A stretch of DNA of 64,000 nucleotides from Schmidtea nova. Taxonomy: Eukaryota. Below are positions 13,221 through 25,864 of the stretch, piece by piece. The position numbers and the translations under genes were made by a program. The DNA lies in the NCBI GenBank assembly GCA_044892505.1, contig CM097882.1, positions 503,998,001 to 504,062,000 on the forward strand. The letters run 5' to 3'. Under the pieces are notes generated by a model. That model was not told the DNA's origin. It ran no database searches and saw only the letters and a program-made list of their open reading frames with translations. Each line of letters begins with the position of its first letter. The first letter of the stretch is position 1.

Positions 13221-13436
13221 CCCCCAGTTAATTGTATTATTTATATATTATTTTGTATTTTAGGTATTCTCAACAATATGTTTTATAAATAATTTGATAA
13301 TAGATGACAAAGGCTACAAGGAGATAAGAGGTCTAAAGCCACCTAAGAAATAGTCACTGGTGTGTATGGGTGAAGCGCTAAAGTTTACATTGAAACGTTG
13401 TAAATGGCTAATATGATGATTTTTGGATATTCATGA

Positions 13437-14707
13437 ATGAATTTAAATAGAAAGGCACCAGTTATGACCAGCCGTTTTCTAAAATCGCTTCGATAGGAAA
13501 ATTTAGAAGTTAAGAGCGTCCTCACCAGACAAACCCGAAAAGTCAATGACTTGCGCAAGACGTGGTTCGCACCGCAGAAAATGAAGAAATATCTCCAAGA
13601 AATCGAGCGACTCCAGCGAGCTCTCGAGGAACAAGTATCATCATAATACTTATATTAATATTATAATTTTAATAACTAATCACTCTCAATCAACGTCCAG
13701 GGAAATGTAACCCTAGTAATTGGAAGTGTTCTGGATAATATTTGAAATGAGAATAATATCGCCGACGAAATTTCAGATGCGTTAACTGTGCCAATATGTT
13801 TAAAGGAAATATTAGGATTAGGATCTAATAATTTCCACCAAATTTAGCAATTTCAATAAAAAACAGTATGATAGAAAATCTAGATTACAAAAATAATCAA
13901 TAATAATTACGTTTTTAGTTTAGATATTTCAATTTTAATATTAATTTATATTAGTGGTTCTCAAAGTGTAAGTCATGTACCAACTTAAGATGGGTCACCG
14001 AAAATTTTAATATTTAGTTGTTCGTATTATATGCATATCAATTTAATTTTAATTAATTCGTCGTAATACAAAAGCAAATGTCGAGGATTTTATTTGCAAA
14101 AATATAAAACAAGCTCATTCATCTCATGCATCATCTTAATTATGCTTAAATATATGCTTTTAATAAATATATAAATTCAATTTTTTACTTTTTTCCGAGT
14201 ATTTTTACAGGTGGGTCACGAAACTTTACGGTTTTAATAGTGGGTCTCGACTGGTAAACGTTTGGGAACCACTGATTTATATTTTTCAAGATATTTGTTA
14301 CATTTATTTTTAATATCAATTAACAAAAATTATAAATATTTACTATTTATTTTAAACCACTTCATTTATATGTTAACACGGATTTAAAGTGTTAACAACA
14401 AAAAACTAATTCATATAAGCTTACTTTTACTTAACCTTAATATCACAATTTTTTTAAAATGTCGTTTTTATTTAAGTTTTATAAAAGAGAAAATTAAACG
14501 GATAATTCAGTTAATTGTGGATATTTCATTGATTTAGTAAAAGGGAAATGCATTTAGAACTGATATTTGTTGAAGGATGAAAATAAAGAAACCACGGAAA
14601 CCTGTCCAAAAACTCGAAAACCCTCAATCCGAAAAAACTGCGCAGGCGCCCGCTGCCGCAGGCAACGCCGTGCGTTTGCCCAAAAGTTGAGATTACAAAC
14701 AAACTAA
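13437..14707 (+). pseudogene. Degenerate homolog of orphan ORF-B (unit U3), in two pieces
   Basis: 13437-13646: SLR*ENLEVKSVLTRQTRKVNDLRKTWFAPQKMKKYLQEIERLQRALEEQ, colinear with ORF-B; 14564-14707: ...RCRRQRRAFAQKL, matching RRRERRAYAERI. Confidence 0.75.
13952..14274. mobile_element. hAT MITE (323 bp)
   Basis: TIRs tagtggttctcaaa / tttgggaaccactg; perfect TSD atttatat (13944-13951, 14275-14282). Confidence 0.92.
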
Positions 14708-17700
14708 CCAGCCGGTCCATCCTAGTCCGATTTCATACACAAATTAGTTCCCATGTGTCCAGAATAAATGTTATAATTGTGGTTATCGTTGTTATTAGTG
14801 TTGTTCTCGTCAATGGTTGATTCGATAAGCCAGTGATAATTTCAAAGAAAAACCTAAAGAGTGTGATGAAAAAGTTGGCCTTCTATCTGTCCTAGAACTA
14901 GAAGTGAAGCAAGTGGATAGTAGTTACTTTCGAATCGCTCACTTTCCAACTTGGTTCGCGTCGACATGTACATTTCCAACGTGAAACAAATCTAGGGGTT
15001 TAACGGGTACATGCTCCTGGGAAGTCAATTCATGGTGGTGTTCACTGCTAATACCCTAGATACTTATCATATTAAGTTTCTACCACGCGAACGCCAACAT
15101 TAATAATAATCTTAATTATATAATAATACTCGTGATGATATACATTGATGAAAAGGATAAGAAGATTGAAATACCACTGAATTTACTCGCGATAAGCTAT
15201 CATAATCTTTTTATAGTTAAATTGTATAAAACTCTATGTTACTGATATTTTTCTCGCAATTCACAAAATGACAAAAATAAAAAAATTGGTTAAATTCTGA
15301 ATTTAATGAAATTTCTTGATATTTAAGGTAACTGAAGCAAATTTTCTTTAATTTATCAATAATAAGAACAAATAAAATAAAATCTTCCCCTTGTTTGTTT
15401 ATAGTTAAAAACTTTTCATAAGAATTTTAATAAAAATAAATATAATTAAGGGGATAGCAAAATTTGACTGAAGTCAAATCTACAATTTTTCTGTGGATCA
15501 TGATTGACTTGACTTCATGTTTACAATAACAGATCAACGTTTTCATAATAGATCGATATAGTAAATGGTTTTAGATTGTTTCTTTGAAAATACTATTACG
15601 TTGTGTATTGTATGTTATGAATTTATTTGTACCTTGTCCTCGGAGGAACAGCACGACCCTTTCAACTACAAAGATGAAGCGGATCAATAATTGAAGTTCG
15701 TTTGATGGCGGTCATCGAATTGGAAGAGAACATACAGCTTCTACCTGGCAAGCCTCCTTACAGTTATCGACATCTGGAACAGCACAATTTCTCATAGCTG
15801 ATAAGGATTCGGAGGGGATTAGATTTCATTTTATTTTCTTGCAGAATATGATTAAGGTTCATTAAAATAATCAAAAAAAATCGGAATAATTTTGTAATTC
15901 TCATTTAAGACAATCATAAAAATTGACTTTACAAAAAACAAATATTATTATTGTTTTAAATAGCAAATATAAATTAATCATTTCATTTACTAAATTTAAG
16001 TATTATTTTTTTAAATTTTAATTTATTTTTAAATAATTTATTTTTGCTAAAAAAGCTCCATTTAATCGATTTTTGTATTTTTAATATTATTTAATATTAT
16101 TTAATGTATATTAATTTTTATTAATTTTCTCATTTATAATTTAAATTTTTAAAAATTATAATAATTATTTTAGCATTTTTTATGTTATTTAAATAATTTT
16201 TGTTCTTTTCTTGTCTTATGAAAGTTTTCGTGCTATACTTCTTGCATTTGTAAAATTTTTGTTTATTTTTGTTTAAATTCATTTTCATTAGAATTTATTT
16301 TCATTAAATATTTTTATTTTGTTTTAATTGGTGTTTTCTTGAGATTATTTCAAATTCACTTATGTGGTTTCCTACAGTTATGTTTCGCTACGTTTAAACA
16401 AATGTTTAGAATTGGTAATTTATGATGGATTAAAAAAATAGCGTGCAAATATTATTTAATATATATGAAACGTCGTAGTAGTTGCTATAACGCCAAAAAT
16501 AAATTAAATAATTAAGAATTCGTTTTTCGATCAAACAACTAAATAGGGTAGTAGGTACTTGGTGATTAAGTAACTTCTTAAATTGAAATCTGCCTTCAAA
16601 AATATGGGTCGAAGTTAATAGAGAAAATTGAAATTTTGCCTTGTTATTCAAATAATGATAAATGAAACCTCGTGTAAATCTTAAGACGAATTGAGGGAAA
16701 ATTTTGACTAGCAAAAGGAGCTAAAACATTCTTTGTTAAGTTCCAATGTGATTTCAGACAAAAGAAGCGATCTTTTAAAATTTAATGAAAATATTTGCGA
16801 TGCATAGGAAAACTAAATTAAATTAACCGTAATTCAAATATGGGTGCCAAAACGGCAATACTGCGATATCCAGAAATCATTCAAGACTCGATAGACTGTG
16901 TGTGTAATGATAAGTGTGTATATGTATATATGACCCTTAAACGAATAATACTCTCTAGATTGCTCAATTGGAAGCAGTATAAATAGTGCTTCAAATGTAT
17001 GTTCAAGTTTGGATTTTCATTAAAAATAATAATCAAATGTTTTGTTTTAATAAACACCAACTAAAATATTAGTGAATCGTAAAAAATTATTAGATTTAAT
17101 TTTGGTGCTTCCATGAACGCTGTCTTAATTAACAGAAGCAATTCTTGTAATAGCTAATTTAGTTTAAACCAGGAATTGGAAATAAGAAATAGTTAGTGGC
17201 AAAATATAAAAAATTCTTAAGCAACATATCGTCAAGTAAATAATATATTTTTAATTTAGTTTAATAGATTTAATAAGGCTAATAATCAAAAATAATTATG
17301 CAATATATATACTTATACATTTTTTACTTATACAAACCTATAAAATATCTAAGATATCACCAAAAGTTAATTACTATAAATAATATATTATGTAGATGTG
17401 CAAACTTTAATGTTTACTTAATTTTTAAAATCTTTTATTTCATATTTTTTAGAAATAATTTAAGATTATTATTCTTTATAAAGTTTATATGTTAATAACA
17501 TTTGGAAAAGTAAAAAAATTTTTAAAAAAAGGAAAACTGTTTTAAATTGTTAAAATCTGAGTCAGGATTGGGGTTTTTGTCAAAGTTTAAAGTTAAGTCA
17601 GAATAAGAGTCAGTTAGTAGATTTTTAATCTACTCCAAAGCCCTAGTTACAAAGTTATACTGTTTATGAGTTTCTGAAACTTAAATAATAATAAATATAA

Positions 17701-18724
17701 TTGGTCAACAAACACTATAAAAAGACAGTGCCGAAAATTCGTGTTAAATATAAAATAAATTGATAGTCTAAAAAAGAAATGAAGATAAAGGAAATTGATA
17801 AAAAGATAAAAATATAAATGAAAATTTTAAAAAAATATTAGTTTTGTTTCTGCATTAATAGTTTTAAAATGATAGCTGAAACTTAGTGGATGTTAAATGT
17901 TACCAAATAAAAATATGCAATTCACTGGAGTCTTTGCTGCTAAAATTGACGGATAAGAGGAAATAATGAAAATTAAATATCATAATTCTATTGGAATTTT
18001 TAAAGTTCAAATACATCGGTATCTGAAAGAGACCAGTGTAAGAGACCAATAGAAGACTGATACTGAAAAATTACTACATCGATACAAGATTTTTCATAGT
18101 AAAATGTATAAATAAAATATTTTATTTTATTTTATAGTGACATTTAATAATACATTTTTAACTTTAAAAAAATATTTTAAAAATCAATAGTAATAAATAT
18201 ACTTTTTATATAATGGAATTTTTTAATTATTCTTCATTCTAATTGAAAACACTACTCAAGGTTACAACGAACACATAAAGTAGTACCACAAGCAAAATGT
18301 TATCATTTCTACATGTATCATCAGACATTTGAGTATTTTCAACATGTATTATTTTCCCGTTCATTTGAGTATCATTCATTGAAAATTATTGATTTCTCAT
18401 TTATTACCCATAGTTCGATTCGATGATAAATGCCCACAGACAGTATTGCACACATGATTAATGCCCACACAGAATAATGCTCACAAGGAAAAATGCCCAC
18501 ATAGATAAATGCCCACACGAAATTAAATATTATTAATCATTTAAATTTATTTTAGTCTTAATACAAAATTTATTTAAATACATATTATTACATTATTTAA
18601 ATTTATAAACCTTGTGTGTAAATTAAATATTATTAATCATTTAAATTTATAAACTTTAGATGTAAAAAAAATAGTACTACAAATATAAATTTTAAGTTTA
18701 TTGCAAATTAGCCAACTTTCGCAA

Positions 18725-19990
18725 CTATAGAATCTTATCTTCCATTGCACTATATTGTTGCACAATAGTGGATACCGAATCAGCTAATTTTTGGTACTTC
18801 CTATTTTTAATTTCAGGACGACCCGTTTCTGAATTGGCTAGTGTTAATCTCTGACAAGCTATATCTCGATGCAATCCATCAAGTAAAAACCATATGCTGG
18901 GATGACTGCAGTGAAATAAAGAATTCAAAGCATTATGAATTCCCTCACAGCAATTCGTTGTTTTCGGTGATTTCTCCAAAGCTGAATCATAATGATTCCA
19001 CAATCCAATGGAGAACAATGGATTTCTACCAGCTGCACCCTCAATATATGTGCCAAAAAAATGTCAGTATTTCACTATAAGCCTCTTCTTCTGGATACGT
19101 TGCTGCAAGCTGATTAAATACTGATCTAACATCAGATACTGACACAAATGACAATGCTGCTAATGATTTCAGCTTTAATTTTATATCCAGGTTGTTTTCG
19201 AATGTAGTTTTAAGACCAACAGAACTATTTTTCTTATTATACTCTGGGCCAAATGGAAATAACAGCCTTTTATGACAGTTTGTGGAAATGCGATTCTGGC
19301 TGCATTCATCGCTGCTTTCTCAAAATCTACCAATATCTTTTCAGGTGCCAAATTTGGTAGCAAGTTCTTTAATATTTCAAACATTTTTTTGTATGTATCT
19401 CCGTTTTTTTTTAACAGAAAATAAATACAAGGTGGATAAGAGTTACCAACCTGAGCATGCCAAGTATACAGTTGATAAAACATGCTTGGAACTTTATCAA
19501 AAGTTCCATCTCCGAATATTGTATCCTTATTTAATTCTCTTAAGAGATAAATATCACCTAAAACAAGAATTCTGTCTGGATCACTTGCACCTGAATCATG
19601 AAGGACTAGCAAGGTTTATTTATCCGGAATTTCAAAATTTGAATCTTTAGGTACTGGTAAATGTCCATCTCTTCTAAAATTCAGAAGATTCCTAGAAATT
19701 GAAGTTTTCTTCGGCATATACGATAGTGCTTCACTGCTTACTTCTAATAAAATACTCCCCATTACATTTCTAGGAGTAGCACCAATTGATGTCATCGCAT
19801 CCTGCATTTTTTTCTTTGCTATATTACATTCAATTTTTTGTGGGCAGGATTCATGGCAATGTTTTGTTGGCTGTTTTACAATATTGCCATCTTTAGTTTT
19901 TATTATGGAATAACATTTTGTAATTCGATATTGCCTGCATCTCCAAGTCAATACTTCATTTGTTGTACGGAAATATATATATACTCAAAC
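18725..19990 (-). pseudogene. MULE transposase, disrupted
   Basis: WRCRQYRITKC...KHCH; IFGDGTFDKVP; LVDFEKAAMNA; GCYFHLAQS; KTTNCCEGIHNALN. Confidence 0.93.
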
Positions 19991-20713
19991 CCAGAGTAAA
20001 TTAAAACTCGATTGCCTTTATGTGTACTAGAATATTCCATTCTCAGGCCTATTAAAATATTTTAAAAAATATCGTTAGAAAATTATGGTATCAAAAGTAT
20101 TAACAAAAGAGAATTTAAATAAACCTTATAATTTAAACATACCTTATAATTTTTTTTTATATTCACAAATTTTCAATTTATGTATTAATATCACTTTTAT
20201 AATTTTAAATATTACTACGAAATTATAAATTTAAATATTACTACGAAATTTAAACGTATGTATATTAAAACCACTTGTAAGTACGATATTCACTTTTGAA
20301 ATGAATTATACTCAAGCAAATTTTTTTACATAAAGTGATGTTGGGCCAAGCAAATCTGAAATGAACTAAAAAATAAAATTAAAGAAATACAAACAAATAA
20401 CAAGAAATAATCAAACAAATAACCAAATTGTCGGCATTTTGACAAGCGCACAACAAAGCCTGAGAAGGTTAACAATAGATTAAATAAAATGTTGACAACA
20501 AAAACTTACGCATGCGGAACGATGGAAACAATAGAAAAAACTAGCTACTCAAAATTGACAACGAGTAGGCGGATCAACCAGCACAAATCTACAAAATAAA
20601 ACAAATTAATAAAATAAAGTCACGGTTGATTAAACAGAAAACTCACAGCATTAAGAAGTACCGACAAACGTTAAAAAATGAAATACACACAAGGTCTGCT
20701 TGCACACTGAATT

Positions 20714-20767
20714 CTGATTGGCTGGACGGCAACACCTTTTGGTATATAAGCAGCAGTAAAAATCAGT
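20714..20767 (+). promoter_or_regulatory. Pol II-type core promoter of U1 (reverse CCAAT, TATA, Inr)
   Basis: ctgattggctg 20714, tatataag 20743, tcagt 20763; same order and similar spacing in U2. Confidence 0.65.
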
Positions 20768-21600
20768 AGTCATGTCATTTTTTTACCGAGAGTAAATTTC
20801 TCACTGAGAGTCATTTTCTGTCTAACCGAATAACGATTGTTAGCGAAACACTGTAAACCGAACAGTTTGAGGAAATAAAAAGTACGTTGATTTAGAATTT
20901 TTCATTATTTTAAACCCTCATGATCAAAATCTATAAGGTTTGTCCCGAAGATCATTTGATCTGACGGGATTCTCGGCCTGTCAGCACAACACATTCTCAT
21001 GTGAGGGCTGATGCGGCGAGAGAAAGACGAGCGACTAAACATGGGGAAGGGTGCACATAGATGTCGGAAGTCACGGTAAAAATTAGAGGTTATGGGAATA
21101 TGTTCAGAGGCAGCAAATATCCATCAGCTCACCCGCAATTAACACTACCCCGAACTACATAGATAGGGTTATATAGTAAAGGGTTATGCAACCCGAGAAT
21201 CGCTAAATACCCACTGAGATCAGTCGTACATCCTACAAATAGCCCGATAAGAATTTATGAATCAGTGTTAGGTGAATCTAATCTGTGACCATAGATAACA
21301 AGTATAAATCAAGCAACACAGCACACTGAAGTGACACAGGTTCGTCTAAAAGCATCGATTGAAACATAGCGTAGTAAAGTGTAGATCGACATACCACTCT
21401 CATTAAAATAATAACTGATCACAGTTTAACCAGTTAAACAAATTAACGGAAAAAATTTTTGTCATTGACAGCCACACTTTCTGAGTAAGGTTCAATTTAT
21501 TTCCGAATGCCTGATTGTATGATGAATGCGTAAGTGAGGATTACTGAGGATTGAATGAAAATTGTCAGTGTTAAATTATATATAGCTTGATTTGCAGCTC

Positions 21601-22053
21601 ATGCCGAAAAGAACACCGATAACGTACCATTGCCAGCCGATCGCAAGCAACATCCTGAAAGCCATCACGAGGGATGATATTCCAACCAGGATCTATAACA
21701 GGGCTGAGAGGCATATGCGGGCTTGGAGGCGCCGACATGTACATATGAGAGCGTCCGCAGGAGAAACTCTATATCAATATCGAATCCGATGGGAAGGTGA
21801 CCCTTGCTGGCCGGAGACGCAAGAACATCATACCAAAACTTCGTCGAGGTGGTTTGTCCAGTTCGAGGACAACCACAATGTCCGATGGATTCTAACATTC
21901 ACTCCAATTCCGATCTGCATCTTTCAACGGCTTGGCTATACCTTTCTCAGTCCTCCAAGATGCATCAAAACAGGAGAAGCGCGACCCTACATCAACTCTC
22001 CAGGACATCGCGACCTACAGCAAGACACCTGGGATCAAAACACAACCTTGTGA
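21601..22053 (+). CDS. Orphan ORF-A (150 aa), unknown function
   Basis: MPKRT...AERHMRAWRRRHV...RIRWEGDPCWP...RWFVQFED...PPRCIKTGEARPYINSPG; same motifs in the disrupted U2 copy; acceptor tttgcag 3 nt upstream of the ATG. Confidence 0.7.
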   Translation: MPKRTPITYHCQPIASNILKAITRDDIPTRIYNRAERHMRAWRRRHVHMRASAGETLYQYRIRWEGDPCWPETQEHHTKTSSRWFVQFEDNHNVRWILTFTPIPICIFQRLGYTFLSPPRCIKTGEARPYINSPGHRDLQQDTWDQNTTL

Positions 22054-22384
22054 GAAGTCTTCGTATACCAGGATGAATTATGCTGGATTCCTTGTCCAGA
22101 TTTCTATCACCCGGACGGAACCGGCAAAGAAAACCGAATCTGCGAGCAAGATTGGATCTAAATGGACAAATCGAATGAATTTTTATGAGAAAGAAATATA
22201 TTAATGAACTCTTGTATTTTTGTTGCGGAATGCATGAAAGTTGACAAACTATGGTTGATGTATGATGAATAGTATGTGCACTTCTGAAGGGCAAGGGTGA
22301 GGAGTGAGAGTCCAGAATGAATCCGTTGCGCTGATTTCCCTGAACTTTAAAGTGAACCCAAATTTTACTCACTCCCTTTTGTAG

Positions 22385-22932
22385 ATGGATACAACTACTA
22401 ACCCAAACGATGAGATACGTTCGTTGCGACAACGTATCAGGGCAGTGGAAAGCCTCGTGAAACGGAAGGAGAACGAGATTAACGAACTACGTACGACCTG
22501 GTTCAGCCCGGAACGGGTCAAGGACATTCAGAAAAGTCGATACCGGGTGGAACGGGCTCTAGAGGATCAGACCCGGAAGTTGCAGCCACCAGGCTGGAAC
22601 TCAATAACTATTTGAGAGTTTCCACGAAGGAGTTCGTGACCCAACAACTGAGACCGTTGATCCGGCTGAGTACTTGCAGTCGTTGGATTGAATCAGCTGG
22701 TGTGTCGAATGGGACACAAACGGATGCGGGTATCGACAACACACAAGAACCACCAAGACCATTTCCCCAAGCCGAGGGCTCAAAACGTACTAAAAGAAGG
22801 AACCGCCTAGCGCTAAGAGGCGTCGAGAACGATGGGCGTATGCGGAGAGAATCTGGATCGAAGTGGATCTCCTGAGCGGTCTAACAGAAAAGCAGCTGCT
22901 GGCCGTCATCAACCCTACTGTGTTATTGAAGT
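22385..22932 (+). pseudogene. Orphan ORF-B of U1, two frameshifts
   Basis: Pieces MDTTTN...TTWFSPERVK...ERALEDQ / LELNNYL...EGSKRTKRRNRL / KRRRERWAYAERIWIEVDLLSG align to the intact U2 ORF-B. Confidence 0.85.
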
Positions 22933-24170
22933 GAAATAAATGTATTGTAATTAAATTGTATTGTTATGAATGCATGTGGAACGATTGATAATGTAAATAA
23001 AAAAATGACTGAGCATATCCAATTCATTTAAAAGCTAACGGACACGAGGAATATAAATCAACCCTAGACGTAATGTAGTTGAATGGATGTGCGGTAACCG
23101 GAATAAAACCACGCAAACCTTCTATCGGTAGTGGTGGACCCGTGAATAAGTAAAGGAATAGTAGCCGCAAGGTTGCTCACCTGCCTTACCATTTCAAAAC
23201 GTTGATACAGTTCCAACATGATGAGTAGTTAGGGATACATCATGGGTATCAGCGGGGGAAAGCGTTTATGTTGGCGAGGTTACCCTAACCAATAAAATCA
23301 AGTATCACCTCTGTTTTAAAATCTAACCAACAAACCAGCAGTGAAATCTCGGTACCTAAATTGGGTTTCCTTAAAAAAAAAGGATTGAGTAGAAATAATG
23401 AATTAAAAATTTTATTTAAGGAATAAAACAATTTTTTTTATCTGTAATTTTTAAAATATGAAATTCGATTTTTAATTTTCTTAATATAAATAACCGATTC
23501 CGGCAAAACTTTTATCACTAATATAAAAATATAAAAAGCTTCGTGGGCATTTATCTATGTGGGTATTTTTCCTTGTGGGCATTATTCTGTGTGGGCATTA
23601 ATCATGTGTGCAATACTGTCTGTGGGCAATTTTCGTGTGGGCATTTTTCGTGTGGGCAACATTGTTAATTTTATTAATTGATTCTATATTGATATTTTAC
23701 CTTTAATTTTGTCAATAGTTTGCAGATTGTTCTTGCGAATGTATATGACCGTATAAGAGAATATCTATTACCTAGCTCAGTTATCAATAAAATCTATTCC
23801 AAAACAAATGGGTTACGTGTATATAGGTACGATGAATGTAAGTGCGGATAAATAACCAAAAAATAGAATAAGAAAGAGATAGAGATACTTGTATAAAAAT
23901 GAGTATACTCGTCACCGGTAAACATGTTTAATCATGAATAGACGAGCATAATTCTCTCCTGTTAACAATGTGTTAATGAATAAATACACACCCAAGCAAG
24001 ACACAAACTGACAACGAGTAGGCGGACAACGAGCGGAACATGATAGCTAAAAAATAAAAATCGAATAAAATAAAATTAACGGTTGAGTAAACATAAAACT
24101 CACCGGATTAGACAAGTAAAGATAAACATTAAAAATGAAATGCTCACAATACTCGCACACATACTAAATT

Positions 24171-24224
24171 CTGATTGGCTGGCCGTCAACAGAAATAAGT
24201 ATAAATACGGCAGCCAAATTCAGT
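24171..24224 (+). promoter_or_regulatory. Core promoter of U2 (reverse CCAAT, TATA, Inr)
   Basis: ctgattggctg 24171, tataaata 24200, tcagt 24220. Confidence 0.65.
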
Positions 24225-25291
24225 CAAATGATGTCATTTTTACCACTAAAAATCAATTTTACCGAGCGGTAATTCTTACCTGTGAAGTGAATTACTATCA
24301 GAAAACCTTTGTACAAGAGAATCGATTGGAATAAAAGGTATTCTATGATTTTATTTTGTGTTTATTTTTAAACCCTCATGATATCTAAAATCCATAAGGC
24401 ATCCCGAAGGTCAGGCGATCTGACGGGATTTTGTGCCTATCAGCGCAACACATTTTCATGTGAGGGCTGATGAGGCGAGTGGATAAGTTTAGTAAATTTG
24501 GGAAGGCTGCACGTAGACATCGAATTTGAATAACCACGTAGAGGGATATGCCCAAGTACCACTGCATGACAATGTTGGAGAAGGCACATGGATAGTGCGA
24601 TATGATAACACCATCGAGAGTGTATTGAAAAAAAAATCTGAATCGATGATAACATGGATTGAGAAAATGATAAAGAGAAGTAGGTAACAGACATCACATG
24701 TTAAACCTAATCATGATAAAGGGCACCCACGAGACGAGGCCATAGGACATATAACAAACGTTAACAATAAATGAGATCGTATGAGGCGCCCCGTAAAAGG
24801 TTTAATTGCACAAGTTGAAGTAAGCGTCATCCCTTAATCATCATTGAGGAGAGTAACGATAAAGCACAAGGGTAACCGACACTTCAATGATAATCGACAT
24901 GCCAATTTAAATGATATGAGTAGCTGTGCTATGATTGATTGTTGAAATATATGACTGATCAATGAAATGACATGCCTGGATGCATGATATGAAAGACTGT
25001 TGTAGGCCAGTCTATAATAGACCAGACTAGCGTAGGCCGAATGGTGAAGGTAAACGATCATTTAAAAATGAATTAAATGTTGAACTAATCAGTTAAACCA
25101 TCATTTATGTTGTCGGACGAAAATAAAATCATTAAACAAGCAAAGGTAAGCAAAAATTTTAATTGATGGTGAAATTGGAAAAACATGCTTGAGTCTGTAA
25201 TGGTGGGAATGATGACGATATATCGTGATTGAATGAAATGAAGGCAGCTGCTCAAGTATAATGTATGAATTTAATGAATTTCTCGCAGAAA

Positions 25292-25712
25292 ATGCCAACG
25301 AGGACCATTCACGTTTAGCAATGTAAATTCATGAAAACGATCGCAACGGGATCGAATGCAATTCCAGAAAAAATCAAAGCCACAGCCGAGCGTCATATGC
25401 GGGCGTGGAGACGAAGTCATGTAGACCCCACATCGAGATCAATGGCATTCCCATACCGCTTCCGGATCAGATGAGACGGTGATCTAGCTTGGCCGATATC
25501 ATGCACGGATAAAGCCTCAAAACCCACCAAGATGGTTTATTCAATTCGAGGATGACAAGGGAATCCCCAGATGCCTACTAACGCATGGGGTGCATCTTAT
25601 TGGAGCCTCCTAGGTGTATACGCACAGGAAAGCTGCGGCCGTACACTAATTCGCCTGGAAACAGAAAAATAGTAAATAAATGTATAGTTGATTTCATGAG
25701 TTCGGAATGTTG
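25292..25712 (+). pseudogene. Orphan ORF-A of U2, with stops and frameshifts
   Basis: MPTRT...TAERHMRAWRRSHV...FRIR*DGDLAWP...RWFIQFEDDKGIP...PPRCIRTGKLRPYTNSPG; acceptor ctcgcag 3 nt upstream of the ATG. Confidence 0.8.
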
Positions 25713-25864
25713 AGGCATGAGTGTGGTTTGAATTAAATGATTGGGAGACAAATGAAATGAAATGGGAGTGGGTAAATCTAAATAGGATACCCGAAATGGT
25801 GCGGTAACGGATGATTAGCTTAAATTGATGAGATATGATTAACTAATCGACTCTATAATTCTAG

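Larger units (their letters stand above)
20470..23340 (+). other. Unassigned two-ORF repeat unit U1
   Basis: Colinear with 23960-26520 in promoter, 5' structured motif, ORF-A, ORF-B and 3' motif. Confidence 0.85.
18426..23660 (-). mobile_element. MULE element bounded by inverted gtgggca-repeat TIRs
   Basis: 18426-18520 is the reverse complement of much of 23541-23660 (tgcccacagacagtattgcacacatgattaatgcccacac...); the left TIR lacks the outer repeats; no TSD found. Confidence 0.8.

Noticed and set aside
15630-15820. GC-richer, exon-like island
   Set aside because: Stops in the frames examined and no identifiable motif.
23229-23287. ttaggg/ccctaa pairing as in pistol ribozymes
   Set aside because: The conserved GCG after CCCUAA and the UUAAAUAG linker are absent, and U2 does not keep the hexamers.
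24467-24480. CTGATGA hammerhead core in U2
   Set aside because: No stem II followed by GAAA, and U1 reads ctgatgc.
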